The notes beneath the pieces were generated by a model. The model was given only the letters and a program-made list of their open reading frames with translations, did not search any database and was not told the origin of the DNA. Below are positions 23,572 to 36,962 of a stretch of 64,000 bases of DNA, in pieces. The stretch lies in contig JAADVB010000013.1 of NCBI GenBank assembly GCA_023334545.1, forward strand, positions 75,863 through 139,862. Reading direction: 5' to 3'. This DNA comes from Salisapilia sapeloensis CBS 127946. Lineage: Eukaryota > Protista > Oomycota. The stretch's first letter is position 1. Each line of letters opens with the position of its first letter. Position numbers and translations under genes: made by a program.

Positions 23572-24744
23572 ATGATTGCCAGAGCTCGTCATGGTTCAAG
23601 TCCAGGCGGTAGTAGGCAGCCACTTGACCCTGCCTATCGCCTCTTTCTGAAAATGAATACGATTCCGGACGCTCTCTACGATACAGACTGCGGAGATAAA
23701 AAGGTATGCTAGGATGTGTATTGTATCGGAAGTGCAGCTCTAACAACTTAGATGTAGACCATAGGTCGTGGGGTTGCGGATGGACGAAATCCTTCGAAAG
23801 CTGCTTTTAACTCGGCAAGAAATCGATTCACAAGTACAGCAGCTTATCGCTCGTCAACATTTGCTCAAGTCGTGAAAGAGCCATATCGAGATGCTGCGTC
23901 AGTCGGTCCAGGGACATATCGAAGTAAAAAGCGAACGTTCTTTGTCAAACGAACGCACATGCCAACTTCAGGATACGCAAGCCGGACACCACGATTCGAA
24001 GAAACTTCTGCACGCATTTCGTCAATTCTGGCGATGGAAAGCGGAGCAAGGGCACAGCAGGCTGCTAGTCGAAGTGCTCGGGCCCCACCGCTACCTCCAC
24101 GTCATTCGCCAGGCCCATTACTTTCAGCGAGCCCTCGCTTCAAGTCCGCGTCATTCCCAGGTAATCAGACACTATTTCTACCAAATATGAAATGAACTCG
24201 GATTGATTGCTGCGATAGAACGATACGCGTCTTCCAAAGAGTACCACTGCATAAAGAGTACACCTGATCGGTTCTATGACACAAGTCCGAGTTGCAAGGT
24301 CGGTATTCTCTATTATTCATTCGATTCACTCGTTATCATTTTATTCGCATGTAGCTTTCCATTGATGCAGCGATCAAAAGCTCCAGTTGCAAGTACTCGT
24401 CGATGCATTCAAACTATTCTCGTCTTTCATCGGTACGCATACTGCATCCATGTCTCGCTACAGCAACTAGTATGTCTTCTACGCTACCAAAAAACTGATC
24501 ATGACTATCCTAGCCTACAGCGATGGTGCACAATACGCCAAATTTCCCTATTCTATCGAGTGCAACGAAAGAGTCCGTTGGACCAGGTGCATACTCCCCA
24601 CCGAACAGTCCAACTCGTCCACCCACTCGGAAATCGTACAACTATGTCATGATGCCTCAACAGAAAGATCGGTTTGGGCTCGACACGACTTCCACCGGCT
24701 TTGTCGAAGCGCGCTTTCGCCGGTTCACTGTTCGCGACGCTTAA
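23572..24744 (+). CDS. Multi-exon protein with PGPG-x-Y-like (SHIPPO/STPG/ODF3-type) repeats, probably axonemal
   Basis: Fragments VGPGTY, YASRTPRF, VGPGAYSP and QQKDRF lie in separate ORFs. GT-AG intron candidates at about 23704-23757 and 24161-24218. Remaining exon boundaries are not fully resolved. Confidence 0.55.
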
Positions 24745-24846
24745 AGATCGAATAAAAGTGAATTTTAAGATTAATCATGTGCTTTTTGATTGGCTGAAAT
24801 TCGTTGGATGGACGCTCGATGACAAAATCGCGAAGCTAGGAACGAA

Positions 24847-25090
24847 ATGGCACGAGAACCGATCTGGAAGACAGCGCCGAACACGGCTTTGAAGGCGATC
24901 CGTCCCGTCGTACACTATGGCTTCGTCCCCATGATCATCTACCTAGGACTGCAGCAAGAACCGGAGCTATCGTAAGCTTAAACTGTATATTATTATCATT
25001 TCGTCGGTCAGTCCGCTAATTGTGTTTTGTGCTAGGCTTCTTCACGTGATCTTCCCGCTCTTCGCGCCGCCTGAGCCGCCTCAAATGTAA
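24847..25090 (+). CDS. TOM7: Mitochondrial outer-membrane translocase subunit Tom7 (absent from the ORF track)
   Basis: Exons 24847-24971 and 25036-25090 (64-nt GTAAG..TAG intron) translate to MAREPIWKTAPNTALKAIRPVVHYGFVPMIIYLGLQQEPELSLLHVIFPLFAPPEPPQM*. This contains the Tom7 H.GF.P.IIYLG...P motif. Confidence 0.85.
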
Positions 25091-25263
25091 TTTGGAGATG
25101 CATCTCCAAATTGGACTATAGAGACGCCAAGAGACAAGTGAAAAGGAGGCAAAACACACCGTTATCAATCAGATCGCAGTTGATTGTATTTTCAAGTAGT
25201 TTGCATTTCGTATCTCAAGCAATAGGAAGCTACTAGCAGTCTATTCTCTTCGTTCCTTGTCCT

Positions 25264-26811
25264 CTAGCATTTCCAAATGCGGCATGTGTTATCCTTGGAG
25301 CCTACATACTCAAAGCTTAGCTACGCCATCTCATCTTTACCATAAGAAAAACCGTACCTGTGATGATCGTATCACCTTCATAGTTGAAAGCACAACTGAA
25401 GATTTCGTCCGTGTGTCCTTCCAGCATCTGAAGACAGTCTCCTGTTTCCACTTCCCACAGACGTGCCACTTTATCACTGCTAGCAGTTAGCACTTTGGAC
25501 CCCTGAGGATTGAAGCACACTTTCGAAATCTCAGCTTCATGACCAATGAGGATTGCTTGGCAGGCTCCTGTCATCGTATTGTAGATGCGGGACGTGCCGT
25601 CGGCCGATGCTGTCACGAGCTTTGAACCAGTCGCGTTAAAGCTGACATCCAGAATCTCATCGTTATGACCACGAAGTGTCTATAGTAGACTTCAGCTACA
25701 TGCACATATTTGTATAAAGCTAGAGTAAAAGATACCTGGATGTTTTGCCCAGAAGCTACATCCCACACCTTGCAGGTACGATCGATTGATCCACTGATGC
25801 ACATGTCTCCAGAGTAGTTAAATTGCGTGCTAGAAATCTCACCGTGGTGACCCGCTAAAGTATGGATGCATCGACCACTACGGACATCCCAGACTTTGAT
25901 CGTATGATCAAAGGATCCAGTGATGATTCGATCTCCCTGCGTGTCAAAGTTAAGGCTAACGATTTCAGCCGTATGACCAAAGAGCGTGTGGAGCTCTTGT
26001 CCGGTTTCGACATCCCACAACTTGGCCGTGTTATCCATGGAACCAGTAGCAACAACCGTTCCTTGTGGATTGAAGGAGAGGCAAACAATCTCTGTCGAGT
26101 GACCACGGAAAGTGTGGTAGAGTTGACCGGTTTCGGCGTTCCACAGCTTGCATGTCTTGTCAAAGGATCCCGTGATGATCTTGTCACCGTACGGGTTGTT
26201 GAAAGCAATCGCATAGACGACGTTCTTATGTCCTTCCAAGGTTAAAAGCTCGTCTCCGGTCTGAGTGTCCCAGACTTTGCAAGTGCGATCGTAGCTACCA
26301 GTGATAAATCTACAAGCACCAATTAGCACATATGAATGAAACACATGAAAGCTGAACGTACTTGTCTCCGGACTTGTTGAAAGCACAATTCGTGAGTGGT
26401 AAAATATGCGCTCGCAGTATTTTAAAAAGATAGAAGTCATTGCTTTCATTCGTCTCCAGCTTTTCAATCAATTCTATAAAACATTAATAAGATGTCAATG
26501 GTTAGCGTCGTCCAGACAAATACTCACTGTAGATAAGTTTTCGTAATTGTGGCTTCCTCGAGTCCGAAATGAGTGGCTCCTCAAACACAATTTGATTAAC
26601 CAAGACTTCCACGTCCGACCTAAATTACCACGTGGGTGAGCAAATGCTACGCAAGACAAGTTGTATCACTAGTGGTGCATTGGATGATAACATACTCCGC
26701 TGTGAGGTGTAAAAGATCAATTTCCTTCATTTCACGAGTTCGATCTCGAAGCTCGTACTCTAAGATAATCCCCGGCGGGTAGTATCGTAGGAGAAAGCGC
26801 TTAAGCTTCAT
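25264..26811 (-). CDS. DAW1: Dynein assembly factor with WD repeats 1 (ODA16/WDR69), multi-exon
   Basis: N-terminus [19 protein letters not shown] at 26811 is diagnostic of ODA16. WD40 exons contain [19 protein letters not shown] and [12 protein letters not shown]-terminus DNTCRIWKC* ends at 25264. Confidence 0.93.
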
Positions 26812-27051
26812 GACTGTTTAAACAAGTAGTTGTGCGATTTCTTGGGCCGTGCAAAGTTGGGACTTTGCAAATGATACCGGGAGGCGTGCTGGAGAGGCTG
26901 CGTCGGTTCACGTGCAAAAGGATTTGGAGTTAAGTGGAAAGCCTCAAATAGAAAGATGTCGCAAAAGCTTCCACATCCGTTTCATTTAGATCCTGCCGAC
27001 TTTGGCAACAACACACACTATTAATGAAAGATTCATTTCTTTCACCACCTC

Positions 27052-27426
27052 TTAAGATTTTATCGCTGGAGTAAGCGGGGCATCCACTTGAAAGTACGTT
27101 GGATCGGGATGAGCTTGCTTCATAACCTCACGATGCTCCGCATTTCGCGAATGACGGCGATAGAAAAGAAGAAACACGAGGACAAGAGCCGTTAGGATAC
27201 CTACAAGACTGAATAGGAACATCCACAGCGCGAACTTGTTGTGTTCGTTGAAAAGATCGGCAGATAATGGAGACATGGTTACTGGATCATCGGACTGGAA
27301 GCTCGATGAACTAACACGGTCTTCCGTAGCGTTAGCTTTGCTGCTCGTCAAGCTCCTGGCATTAAAAACATCATTGTGGTTGACGAAACGCACACTGCTG
27401 TTCGTGGCGTTCATCTGGGTGTCCAT
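27052..27426 (-). CDS. Small single-pass membrane protein, function unknown
   Basis: 124-aa ORF with a Ser/Asn-rich N-terminus, one hydrophobic helix (FALWMFLFSLVGILTALVLVFLLFY) and a basic stop-transfer RR. Confidence 0.55.
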   Translation of the reverse strand: MDTQMNATNSSVRFVNHNDVFNARSLTSSKANATEDRVSSSSFQSDDPVTMSPLSADLFNEHNKFALWMFLFSLVGILTALVLVFLLFYRRHSRNAEHREVMKQAHPDPTYFQVDAPLTPAIKS

Positions 27427-27689
27427 TGCTATAAGATTGGAAAAAGAGCGGACTGCGTCGGAGGCTGCAAAAGCCTAACTGACGACAACAGAAATGCCGC
27501 CGCGTGTCTCGCAATATGGTACTATGAAAGCGTCCGACAAGCGTTGGACTGAGCACCTCCATCGCTTTCAATCTGATTACCTGCCCTGCGTACTTCTAGG
27601 AAAGCTTACTTTATCGCGATACCAAAAGTGACAAGTGTTTCGATAGAAAGCGAGCGTTGCATTATAATGAGTTAGTCGCCAGCAACCTA

Positions 27690-29558
27690 TCAATTCTCGC
27701 GACTGCGATAGACAAAATCTTCCAACTGCACGTGATCATCGCTACTTCCTTCTACTTCTCGACCATGAAAGAAGCTAGTACAGCGCCTGCTTTCCGCAGG
27801 TCCATTCAGGTCAACGTGACCAGTCTGGCTATTGCGTTGTCCAAAAGCAGAACTCTGACTTACTCGTGCTGGGGCTCGAGGAATACAGCCTGCCGTCTTC
27901 GCACGTGGAACAGTCAATTGCGTTTGGTCAATTACAACTGTCGATAACTCGCGGGCTGTACCGTTCGTAGTGCGTGGTCTAGATTGTATCTCATCACCAT
28001 CACGAGGTGTCCATAGGGAATGCTTTCGATGTTTTCGATTTGCTAGCGCAGAGAGGGAGATACGTGGAGTATGAGCGGATGTAGATGATGGTGGGCGCAT
28101 TGTGTGTCGGCATTCATTCAGTTGATTCCCCTTCTCGAGGAGGTCGCGATAGTCTAGCATAATTTCTCGAGACTCTTTCTGGTAATATAATCGAGATGAA
28201 GAAACCCCAGTATAATAAATATTAATTAAACATACCTGACTGCGCTCTATTTCATGTAAGATGGTTGTATTCTCTTCACGCAAGTTGATTGCTTCGGTCC
28301 ACAATGGTCCTTTTACCGCATTATAGTCTGCCGTCAGTGCCTCAAGTTGTTGATGTGTCCGTCGAATGTAGTTTTCCAATTGAGCGATGCGATCTACTTG
28401 ACAGCTGAACCTTTCCTCGGTCTCAGTAGATTGAGTAGAAAGTAGCTGTACTTGCTGCTCATGAGAAGTTTTGAGATTGCCTAGAGCTTTTTCTAGCTGC
28501 TGCTCAAAATGTCTGTTGCTATTCACCTTTGGAGCTAGTGTTTCATGCGTAAACACTTCAAGCTTGTTGAGACCATTTGCCAAAGAGTTACATTGACCTT
28601 CATGATTATCTACGCGTTGATTTAGCTGCTTTTCACGCTTTTCGGCTTGTTCACGAACACGTTGTTCTGCTTTTTGGGTCTCTATAAGTTTTTGTTTGTA
28701 TACTTCTACTTCCTCACACAGCTTTTCAATGACGTCTTGGCTGCTTCGTAATTTAACTGCAGTCGATTCCGCCAAGTTATCCAATGCGTGCACCTTGGTC
28801 GTGGTAGAGCTTTGCTTCCTTCCTAGTTCCAACAAGTCTATATCAAGCTGCGCGAGTTTTTCCTGGTGGTGGCGGTCATTAATAATGAGGTTCTCAGTAG
28901 CAGCTAGCGAATGCTGCATTTCCTGCACTTGATGTCTAATATTGTCTAAAGCCACTTCCGTAGATGTACCGGACGTTGAAAGTGGACCGAAGACCTCATA
29001 AAAGTCATCCGTGCTCAATTTTGTTTGCAGGCGTGCTTCCATTTTAGATGCAAAGCTCGCGAAGAGGTCATGCACTGATTGTTCGATCGACGCACGAAAT
29101 CTGTCCATATCCCACATCTTCGACTCGAAGACTGATATGTCGACCTTCGTAGCCTGTACCTCCTCTAGGGCACTCGTATTTGCCTTGCCTAACATCTCAT
29201 TTGCTACAATCTTGCGATGTCGCCCCAAGAGCTCTTTAGCTGTGCCATTGGAGATCTGTAAGACAATCGACACTTGCGATTACATTTAATCTAGATAAAT
29301 ACAACAGATATGTACTTTGGTAAGTAGCGCAGCATCGAGCTGGGTCTGTGTGACGAAGGAGTTAGTTACTTTCTCCAAAGCCTGATGATCCGCAAGTAGA
29401 CGACGATAATCGGCATGGACATCTTGTAGCTGCGTTCTCAGGCTAAGCACCTCGGACCATAAATGTCTCTCCTCTATACCCATCAAAATAAGCTTTGCAT
29501 GCAAGTCAAGCTTGCCAACCGTATAGGTATTACCTGCAATCGCGAGCTCCTTGGTCAT
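27690..29558 (-). CDS. Coiled-coil hypothetical protein (3 exons)
   Basis: Intron 29256-29315 joins ORF 29286-29558 to ORF 27690-29273 (LLTK|ISNGT). A further 57-nt in-frame intron lies at 28179-28235. The protein is rich in L/E/Q/K heptads. Confidence 0.6.
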
Positions 29559-29709
29559 CCTGGAGCACTCCCAGACTCTTACGACCTTTGACAGCCTCTC
29601 TCTTTCTTATTCTTTTTCAGATCGTACTTGATCGAAGCAATTCAGCTAACATCGGCCCTGGTGCTCTACGCCAAGGTCGTAGCATCGGTACCGAGCGCTA
29701 TAATCCAAT

Positions 29710-31835
29710 ATGGCCCTCCAGCAGACAGAATACGAAGTGGTACGTTGCATAGGACAATGCTTTCAAGGGGAATCGAGTTTTAGAGCTAACAATGTGGCTA
29801 TTGGGTGCCATATAGACCGTGGAGGAAAACCTCCCGAGTGATGACGTCGAAGACGACGGCCCTACTTTCGAAGACCTGGCTATTGACGACACTCTCAGCG
29901 ACTTAGATCGGGTCACCAAATACGTTTGCAGCAACATTGCTCTTCAACGCGTTATTCATGTAAAAATGCTATCGGAGACCGCCATCGCCGTCGGGTAAGC
30001 CACTATTTATTATTCATGATTTTTATACCGACTGCTTATTGCATGCAAAGCTTCCAGTCAACTTGTGATCGGCTCATTCCTCTCTTGGAGCCTCTGGTGT
30101 GTGACCTAGAGTACGTCGTTCGACAGCACGTGGCTTTTCAATTTTCGTCGCTCTGTCGCTTCCTCGTGGAGAGTGATGCCGAGTCATCCACTACAGGCTA
30201 TCAGCTCATGCTGGACAAAATCGTACCGCTCATTGCTCAGCTAGTTTCAGATGACCAGCATGAAGTCCGGTCTGCTGCTGCCGACAGTCTGATTGAAATA
30301 GCAGGTCTCATCAAGCCTGACGACCAAGGCCAGCACATTCTAACGATCGTTCTACCACTCGCCCACGACGACGACAACGAGCAGCTACGTATCTCGGCTG
30401 TACGTCTGTATGACGGTCTTGCCGAGCACCTCGGCCCAGAGCTATGTCAGCAATTTTGTGTTCCTGAACTCATTTCCTTGTCCGAAGACCAAGTCTTTCG
30501 TGTCCGAAAGTCCACTGCCCAAAGTTTTTCCAATATCAGTCGAATAGTAGGTGCCGAAATCGGCCGAGAACGATTATTACCTGCCTTCCAACGCCTCGCA
30601 AGTGACGACATTTGGGGCGTCCGTAAAGCCTGTGCCGAGTCCCTCGTTGCCATGTCCGAGACACTAGAACCGGAGATTCGAGCTGCGTTACTTGTCCCCT
30701 TGTTTGATGCGTTCACGTCCGATACGTCCAGATGGGTGCGTCTCGCAGCGTACCAGAGTCTCGGTCCGTTTTTGTCTACTTTACCACCAGACGACGTGTC
30801 GGAAGAACTTTTGGATGACTTTTTGAGCATGGGGAATTCGTCTTCCGCGCTGCAGCTAGGTGGAAGTGGAGAAGTGGACATCAAATTCCACTGTGCCTTT
30901 TCTTTCCCAGCCGTTGTGAGCATCGTCGGCAAGAATGAGTGGCATCGACTCGCTCCTGTGTTTGTCATGCTATCGCAAGACTCTTTCTGGAAGATCCGAC
31001 GGACACTTGCGTACTCTTTGCATGAGCTCGCCAAGATGCTCGGTCCTGAAATCACTGAAAGTGAGCTCACCGTTGCTTTTGATTACTATTTGCAAGACGT
31101 ACCGGAAGTACGTCTCGGCGCGATGCTTCACTTTGCAGATTTCCTAGAGCACTTGTCTCCCGACGGTCGAGAAAAGTATCTGAACGTCTTGCGCACGTTG
31201 CGTATGGATGAACAAGTGACGAACTGGAGGTTGCGGCAAGTCCTCAGTTCCCAATTGTGTCCATTATGCAGCCTCTTTCCACCTGACCAGACGTTTGATG
31301 TGTTGGCACCTTTGGTGCTCCAGTTAGTGACAGATCAAGTGTCCAGTGTGCGTGAAGAAAGCTTCCAGGCATGTCCAGTGCTGTTGGATAAAATAGATGC
31401 TTCCAGGAGACAGGACGTCATTACGCAGTTCATGCGGTTGGCGACGTCTAGCCACTTTAAAGACCGACAGATCTTTGTCAAAGTCGCTCGAGCGTTCATC
31501 GATCATGACGGACAAGAGGTGTTTGAATCCGATATGGTAGATACGTTCTTCACCTTGGCGAAGGACAATGTGTACAACGTTCGACATTTAGTTGCAAGTG
31601 TCGTCTTAGAGCATCGAGGTACGTTGTCATGTAGATAGGAAGGAGTATGCCTACTAACTTGCTATTAGACTTTTTCCGGCAGTCGAGCAAGTCACCGACG
31701 TGGTTAGTGGAAGGCTTGCAAGTACCGTACGAAACGGCAGAAGCGTTGCTAGTGGTCTTCCCAGAGCCACCGCCCAGGGTAGAGACACAGGATACAGAAC
31801 AGAAAGAGGATGCATCGACGGACGCAAATGGATAA
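29710..31835 (+). CDS. PPP4R1: Ser/Thr protein phosphatase 4 regulatory subunit 1-like HEAT-repeat protein
   Basis: HEAT repeats with VRSAA, EDQVFRVRK, IWGVRKACAE, RWVRLAAYQSLGPF and WKIRRTLAYSLHELA, and DIKFHCAFSFPAV, which favours PP4R1 over the PP2A A subunit. Introns at about 29740-29815, 29995-30049 and 31619-31668. Confidence 0.8.
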
Positions 31836-31880
31836 AGAAAAAGACGTTCAAACAAAGGATTCATTCGTTGTGTATCTATC

Positions 31881-32459
31881 TTAGGAAGTGTGAGGTGTCC
31901 AGGACCGGTGGACGTCCTGATCGAACGACTCGCATTGCGCCGGCTCGAACTTGCCGTCGAAGATGTCTCGGCAGATGCCTTCGATCGCTCGAATGCCTTT
32001 CGAAGCAGTTTCGGCACCTTTGTTCACCGACAAACTTTCCAACTTTTTCGAGATGAACGGCACGAAAGCAGTGACCTTGGCCTCTGCTTCATACAACGTC
32101 TTCGTACTGTCATCTGGATGCGGCGTGTAGACGCACGTCTCATTGACCGTAGCCACAGATCGGAAAGTAAGATTGGTAGAACGCAATTCCAGTCGCTGGG
32201 TTTTGGGATCACATATTGTCTCTTCATACACGTACGAATATGGCTCTAATACTGCTTTAGCCCATGATGGAAGGTTTGTCTGCGAGCACTTGGCGAGTCG
32301 ACTGGTGATGAGCCGACCTTGATCGTCAATCCGGCGGTCAAGCACATCAACGCGCTCGACATGCTGCAGCCGTGCATTCGGATACTTATTCCAAAAAGCT
32401 CGTGTGACGACGCTCCAATTGAACGGGTAAGTGTGCGTGGTTTCTTGTGTGAGTACCAT
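31881..32459 (-). CDS. PRELI/MSF1 (Ups) family mitochondrial lipid-transfer protein
   Basis: HTYPFNWSVVTRAFWNKYPN, VDVLDR and STNLTF are PRELI-family motifs. Confidence 0.88.
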   Translation of the reverse strand: MVLTQETTHTYPFNWSVVTRAFWNKYPNARLQHVERVDVLDRRIDDQGRLITSRLAKCSQTNLPSWAKAVLEPYSYVYEETICDPKTQRLELRSTNLTFRSVATVNETCVYTPHPDDSTKTLYEAEAKVTAFVPFISKKLESLSVNKGAETASKGIRAIEGICRDIFDGKFEPAQCESFDQDVHRSWTPHTS

Positions 32460-32905
32460 CGAGACGAAATAGAAGTTGCGCTTCTGTCTGATGTCTCAGG
32501 ATGAAATGTTGTCCACCTCTTTATAAGCGCACTTCAAATATATCAACCAATGATGATGGGAGGTACGCTTCTACAAAAAAAGTAAGCAAGAAAATAAAAG
32601 TTTTCGCTTACTTTATCTTTCTTTAGCTGTATAGTTGTATCGTTTGGAGGCAATCGTCGTGAAGGGCATGGTAGGGTCATTGAGTATTTGTGGAAAGATA
32701 TATAGTAATAGTACATGTTTCTGTGTTGGTTGCAGAAGGTCAATCAGCTCTGTGTGCAATGCGTAGAAATCTCCATCGCCCAACGCTTGTCGAAATAGAT
32801 ATAAACGGACATTACCTTGCTACCGAAGAAATATCCATTCTACTGATCAAGAAAACAAAGGAATTTAAAAAGTTTCTAGACGGGGAAAATGCATATCGAT
32901 TGGTT

Positions 32906-35900
32906 TTACGACCTTACACGCTGAAGATAGACTTGGACCAACCTCTGTTTTACCGGAGGCAGTCGGTCGGTCAAGTACCACTCGACTGCATGCGCGTTAT
33001 CTCCCATCGCTCCATACAATGCTACGACAGCATCCACTGCTCCTTTGCGCACTTCTGCCTTGGTATGGCTCATGTTATCCGTCAAAGGTCCCATCAGTCT
33101 ATCCATCCACTCTGTGCTTCGAAGGAAAGCGCTTCCTTTCTCTCCACATCTAAACATGACGTATGTCAGCAGACGTTGCACTACTTGTAATGTCGTTGGT
33201 TGCTGTGTCTGAGCAAGGTACGGTGCGAGCAGTCGAACTGTTTCTTCTGCATTCTCAAAGGTATTCCCAATCTGCTGCAAGACATTTTCCGTCAGATAAG
33301 CAGCAATGTGGTCGCTCGGAAGACGGTCGAGAATTTCCAGTAGACGAAGAAATATCGGATACGAGTATTCCGATACCTGATTCGCATGTTCTTTCACAAG
33401 CCACTCGACGCCTCGGATACCAATGAGTACATCTTGCTCCAAGACGTCATTCAAAAGGGTGTAGACAAGAGCTTCCATGTCTTCCTCTGCACTTGTTTGC
33501 TTCATATAGAAGAGAGCGTTGTGGAGATGCCGCAGTCGCTGTTCATGCGTCAAGTTCTCTTGTTGCAGAGCTCCCACCATCGACTTGAAGGATCTTTCGG
33601 TATGTACATAATCCATCTTGGCGTGTTCTTTCGCCTCGTGCTCTTGATTATCCGCATACTTAGTCGGGGATGCTTGCTCTTCCTCTTGGTTCTCCTTATC
33701 CATGGATGGCATGTGTATGACAATGCCTCTGCTCGTCATGAGCTGATGCAGTGTCGACCTCTTCGAAGGAGGCAGAAGTGACAGCATGTCATTCAGCTCA
33801 GACGGATACAGCTCCGCCAGTGCCTGGATAAGTTTACCACAAGCCTTCACGACAGCCAAAGGCGCTTCATCTTCCACCACTTGAGCGACTTTGGTAAGCA
33901 ACATACGCATGTTACTAGTCGCCTGTTGGAAGTAGACGTCTGCATCTACCAGTCGCTCGCGAATAAAGTCACACACAGACGCTTTCATCTTCATATTCCG
34001 GCCTTGTGTCACGAGCGGCACTACGTTAGTCATTAGGACGGACGTATCGACAAGTGACGCAATAAGTTCTAAACTCTCTTTCGCTAATGCTCGTGGCGTT
34101 TCTTTCGGATCCACGAGTTTCTGGAACAGCCGAGACAGCATGTACTTTAACTGTTTCTCGACTTGAGAGACACGACAGATACGTAGTACTGTCGGCAACT
34201 GAGACAAGACTTGCTGAGTCACTCGTTCGTGCGGATCTGCTAGAGACTGAATAAATACATGCAAAGTCCGGTCGTCTGGTCGATTCGAGTGGATAAGCGT
34301 CGAGCCAATATACTTTACAGCCAAGAGACGAGGGTACCATGCGTCCTCCTTGAGAGCTGCGACTGCCTCTTCCAGCGTCTCAAAAGAGTTTGCATTTGAA
34401 TCAAGCTTTCTAGCTCTTGTCTCAGAAGGTTGGTCTGCAGGCGGCTTGGATCGTTTGGCATCACGTGCTGCATCGTGTTGTTCAGAGGAATGCGGAGACG
34501 CTCGCTTGTTCTCTTTCTTCGTGTTTTCCACTACACGCAATGGCTTTTCACTCGAGTGGAAACGAGCTGCAGAGGTCTTTGTAGACGTCTTCGCTGTCAT
34601 CTGGTCTGCTGCAAACGTCACAGGGACGCGCAAAGCTGCCTGAGATATCATTTGTCGGCGTTCTGTAGCATTAACAGGCTTATCACCCACCTCCACACGC
34701 AACGGACCTGTATACGTCGACTTTACGTTTTTACTATCATCTACTTTGTCGCTACTTGAAGGTACAAGTACGCGTTGAGCTCCTATATGACCATCTCTTC
34801 GACTGTCTGACGAGACAGATGACGGGCCGGATACTGGTACTCTCTTCGCACTCTTATCTGCCTTTTGTACGACACTACTGGAACTACTAGTTGCAGTCGT
34901 CTGTGGACGTGGAGGTAATGCCGTTGGCCTCTTTCCGGTTGATGCTGTCTTCATGGACATGGCAGCACTGGAAGTTCGGTCGGAAGTGGATGCGATGTCG
35001 GAACGAGACGGATCCTCCAGAAGTGCTTTTTGTGTCGACCTGTCTAGCTTTTGGAAGACTGTGGATGCTTCCTCTGGAAATAATGCATGGAAACACCAGT
35101 AGCATTGCCGTGCATTCGCTCGAACTTTGCTCACTGCGTCTTGGATGAGAGAAGGAAGGATGGAAGACAGGATGTCTGTGTGTTTAGACAGGTACGACAG
35201 ACTCCAACGTTGTAAAGCTAGCGTCAAGTAGGATGCACAGCACGTTCGCAGTGCATGACTACGTGCCTTGGAGCCTTCACATACTTTTGTTAAGACTCTT
35301 GCATACCCAACTTCTGTCGACTCTATCACACGTCGTATGGCCGTGTCCGCAGCACTCGACACGACTTGGATAGTGACGTACGTTGCTTTTAATAAGCTTT
35401 CGATACACTTTTCTGCATGCCCATTAAACTCCTCCTGTAGTACTTGAGCTAAGTATTGAATGGTCAGACAAGCTTCTTTCGCAACTGCCGACCGCAAGTC
35501 ACCTACTTGAGCACAGAGGAGGTCTCGGATTTGTCGAAGACCGTTGGAAAGTGCTTCAATGAGTTCCTGATCGCCTACGCATTTTCCTGCAAGGGTACGA
35601 ACAGATCGGAGTGCTTCGACACGTTTGCTCCAGTCCTGTGTACGATCAAGATTCTCTCGAATAGCAACGATTTCCTGTTCTACCATTCTGACTGTGATGT
35701 CACGTTCGAAACTATTGCTTTGATCGACCTGTGGTGTCTGGATGTCTATTGCTGATACATCCACTGTCTCGATAGGTGATTCGGCAGAAAAATATCTTTC
35801 GATTGGAGCTGGAGACGAATGTGGGCGCTGCTGATAGGAAGGTGATGGAGTGCGTCGAGCATGGTACGGTGCGTCTGTGTCGTTAATATGGTCGTGTAGG

Positions 35901-36608
35901 ATCTGGAGATGCTGTGATCGCAAGTTCTTTGCTTCTAGTTCCTGTATAAAGTCTGGTCCGAGGGCAAAGTAGAATCGAACGAGTGTTTCAAGTGCCGAGT
36001 CTCGCACTTCCTTAGATGAATCTTCCAACATGGCGACGACTGTATCTAGCCACTCACTTTTCTTTTCACTGAATTGGTCAAACTTGTCTAGACATCTCCA
36101 AAGACAATGCAGACTTTGCTCTCGCACACGCCAATTTCGATGGCTGAAACAAGGCTTAAGACGAGATAAAGTGGCATCTAGGCCATTGTGAGAAGCCAAT
36201 TGGACGATCACATCAACAGCTTTCTCTCGAACGCCGACTTTACCATCGCCCATACGCTGACTTAACGCATTCCATAGCTCCTTTTCACGACTGGTGACTA
36301 CTTCTGAACGTAGTCGTGGTAAGACGAGTTCTATGATCTCAAGAGCAGTGTGTGCTAGCTTTGGGTTGTGTTCCTTTAGACAGGATAGAACGTCTGGAAG
36401 TAAAGGTGCCAGCGTCTCTTCATCTATACTTGACACTCGTTGTTGACCGGCGTTCTGGAGCTCATCAAGTACGCCAATCGCACCTGCCAGTCGCTTCTTA
36501 ATGACTAATTGCGTTATGAAACTAAGTATATGTCCTCCCTGGATATGTCTGATGAATAAATGTACCTGGAGCACGCAAAAGCGCTACGTGGGCCTGCATA
36601 GACGACAT
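32906..36608 (-). CDS. CLASP: CLIP-associating protein (CLASP), TOG/HEAT-repeat microtubule regulator
   Basis: TOG motifs HRNWRVREQ, DWSKRVEAL, DLRSAVAKEAC and DAVSKVRANARQCYW, a Ser/basic linker and a C-terminal CLASP domain (AEVRKGAVDAVVALY). First exon 36566-36608 is spliced over intron 36505-36565. Confidence 0.85.
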
Positions 36609-36962
36609 GCCGCGTTCTCGTAAATTCAAAACCGACTTAAGCGTCTGTTTAGTGGAGCTGAAATAATAGACACATGATGAAAAGATACAATCAATTGCTT
36701 TTCTCTACCTAGTGCTTTAATCTTTAACTATATCAAGAATTCAATTCATACACTGCATTCAGCCAACTAGTAATGTCGTGCATGAAGATGTATAAAGTAG
36801 TAAAGCTCTCTTGCAGATACTTTATGGCCGACTAACTTCATTATCGCCACCTTTTGCGCCAATTTTATCCAATCAGCGTCTTTGATTCGGATGCGGATAG
36901 CTGACCTACTACGCCGCTTGAGATCAGGTGCCGGGAAGGAGCGATTTGAAAGTACTTGAGAG

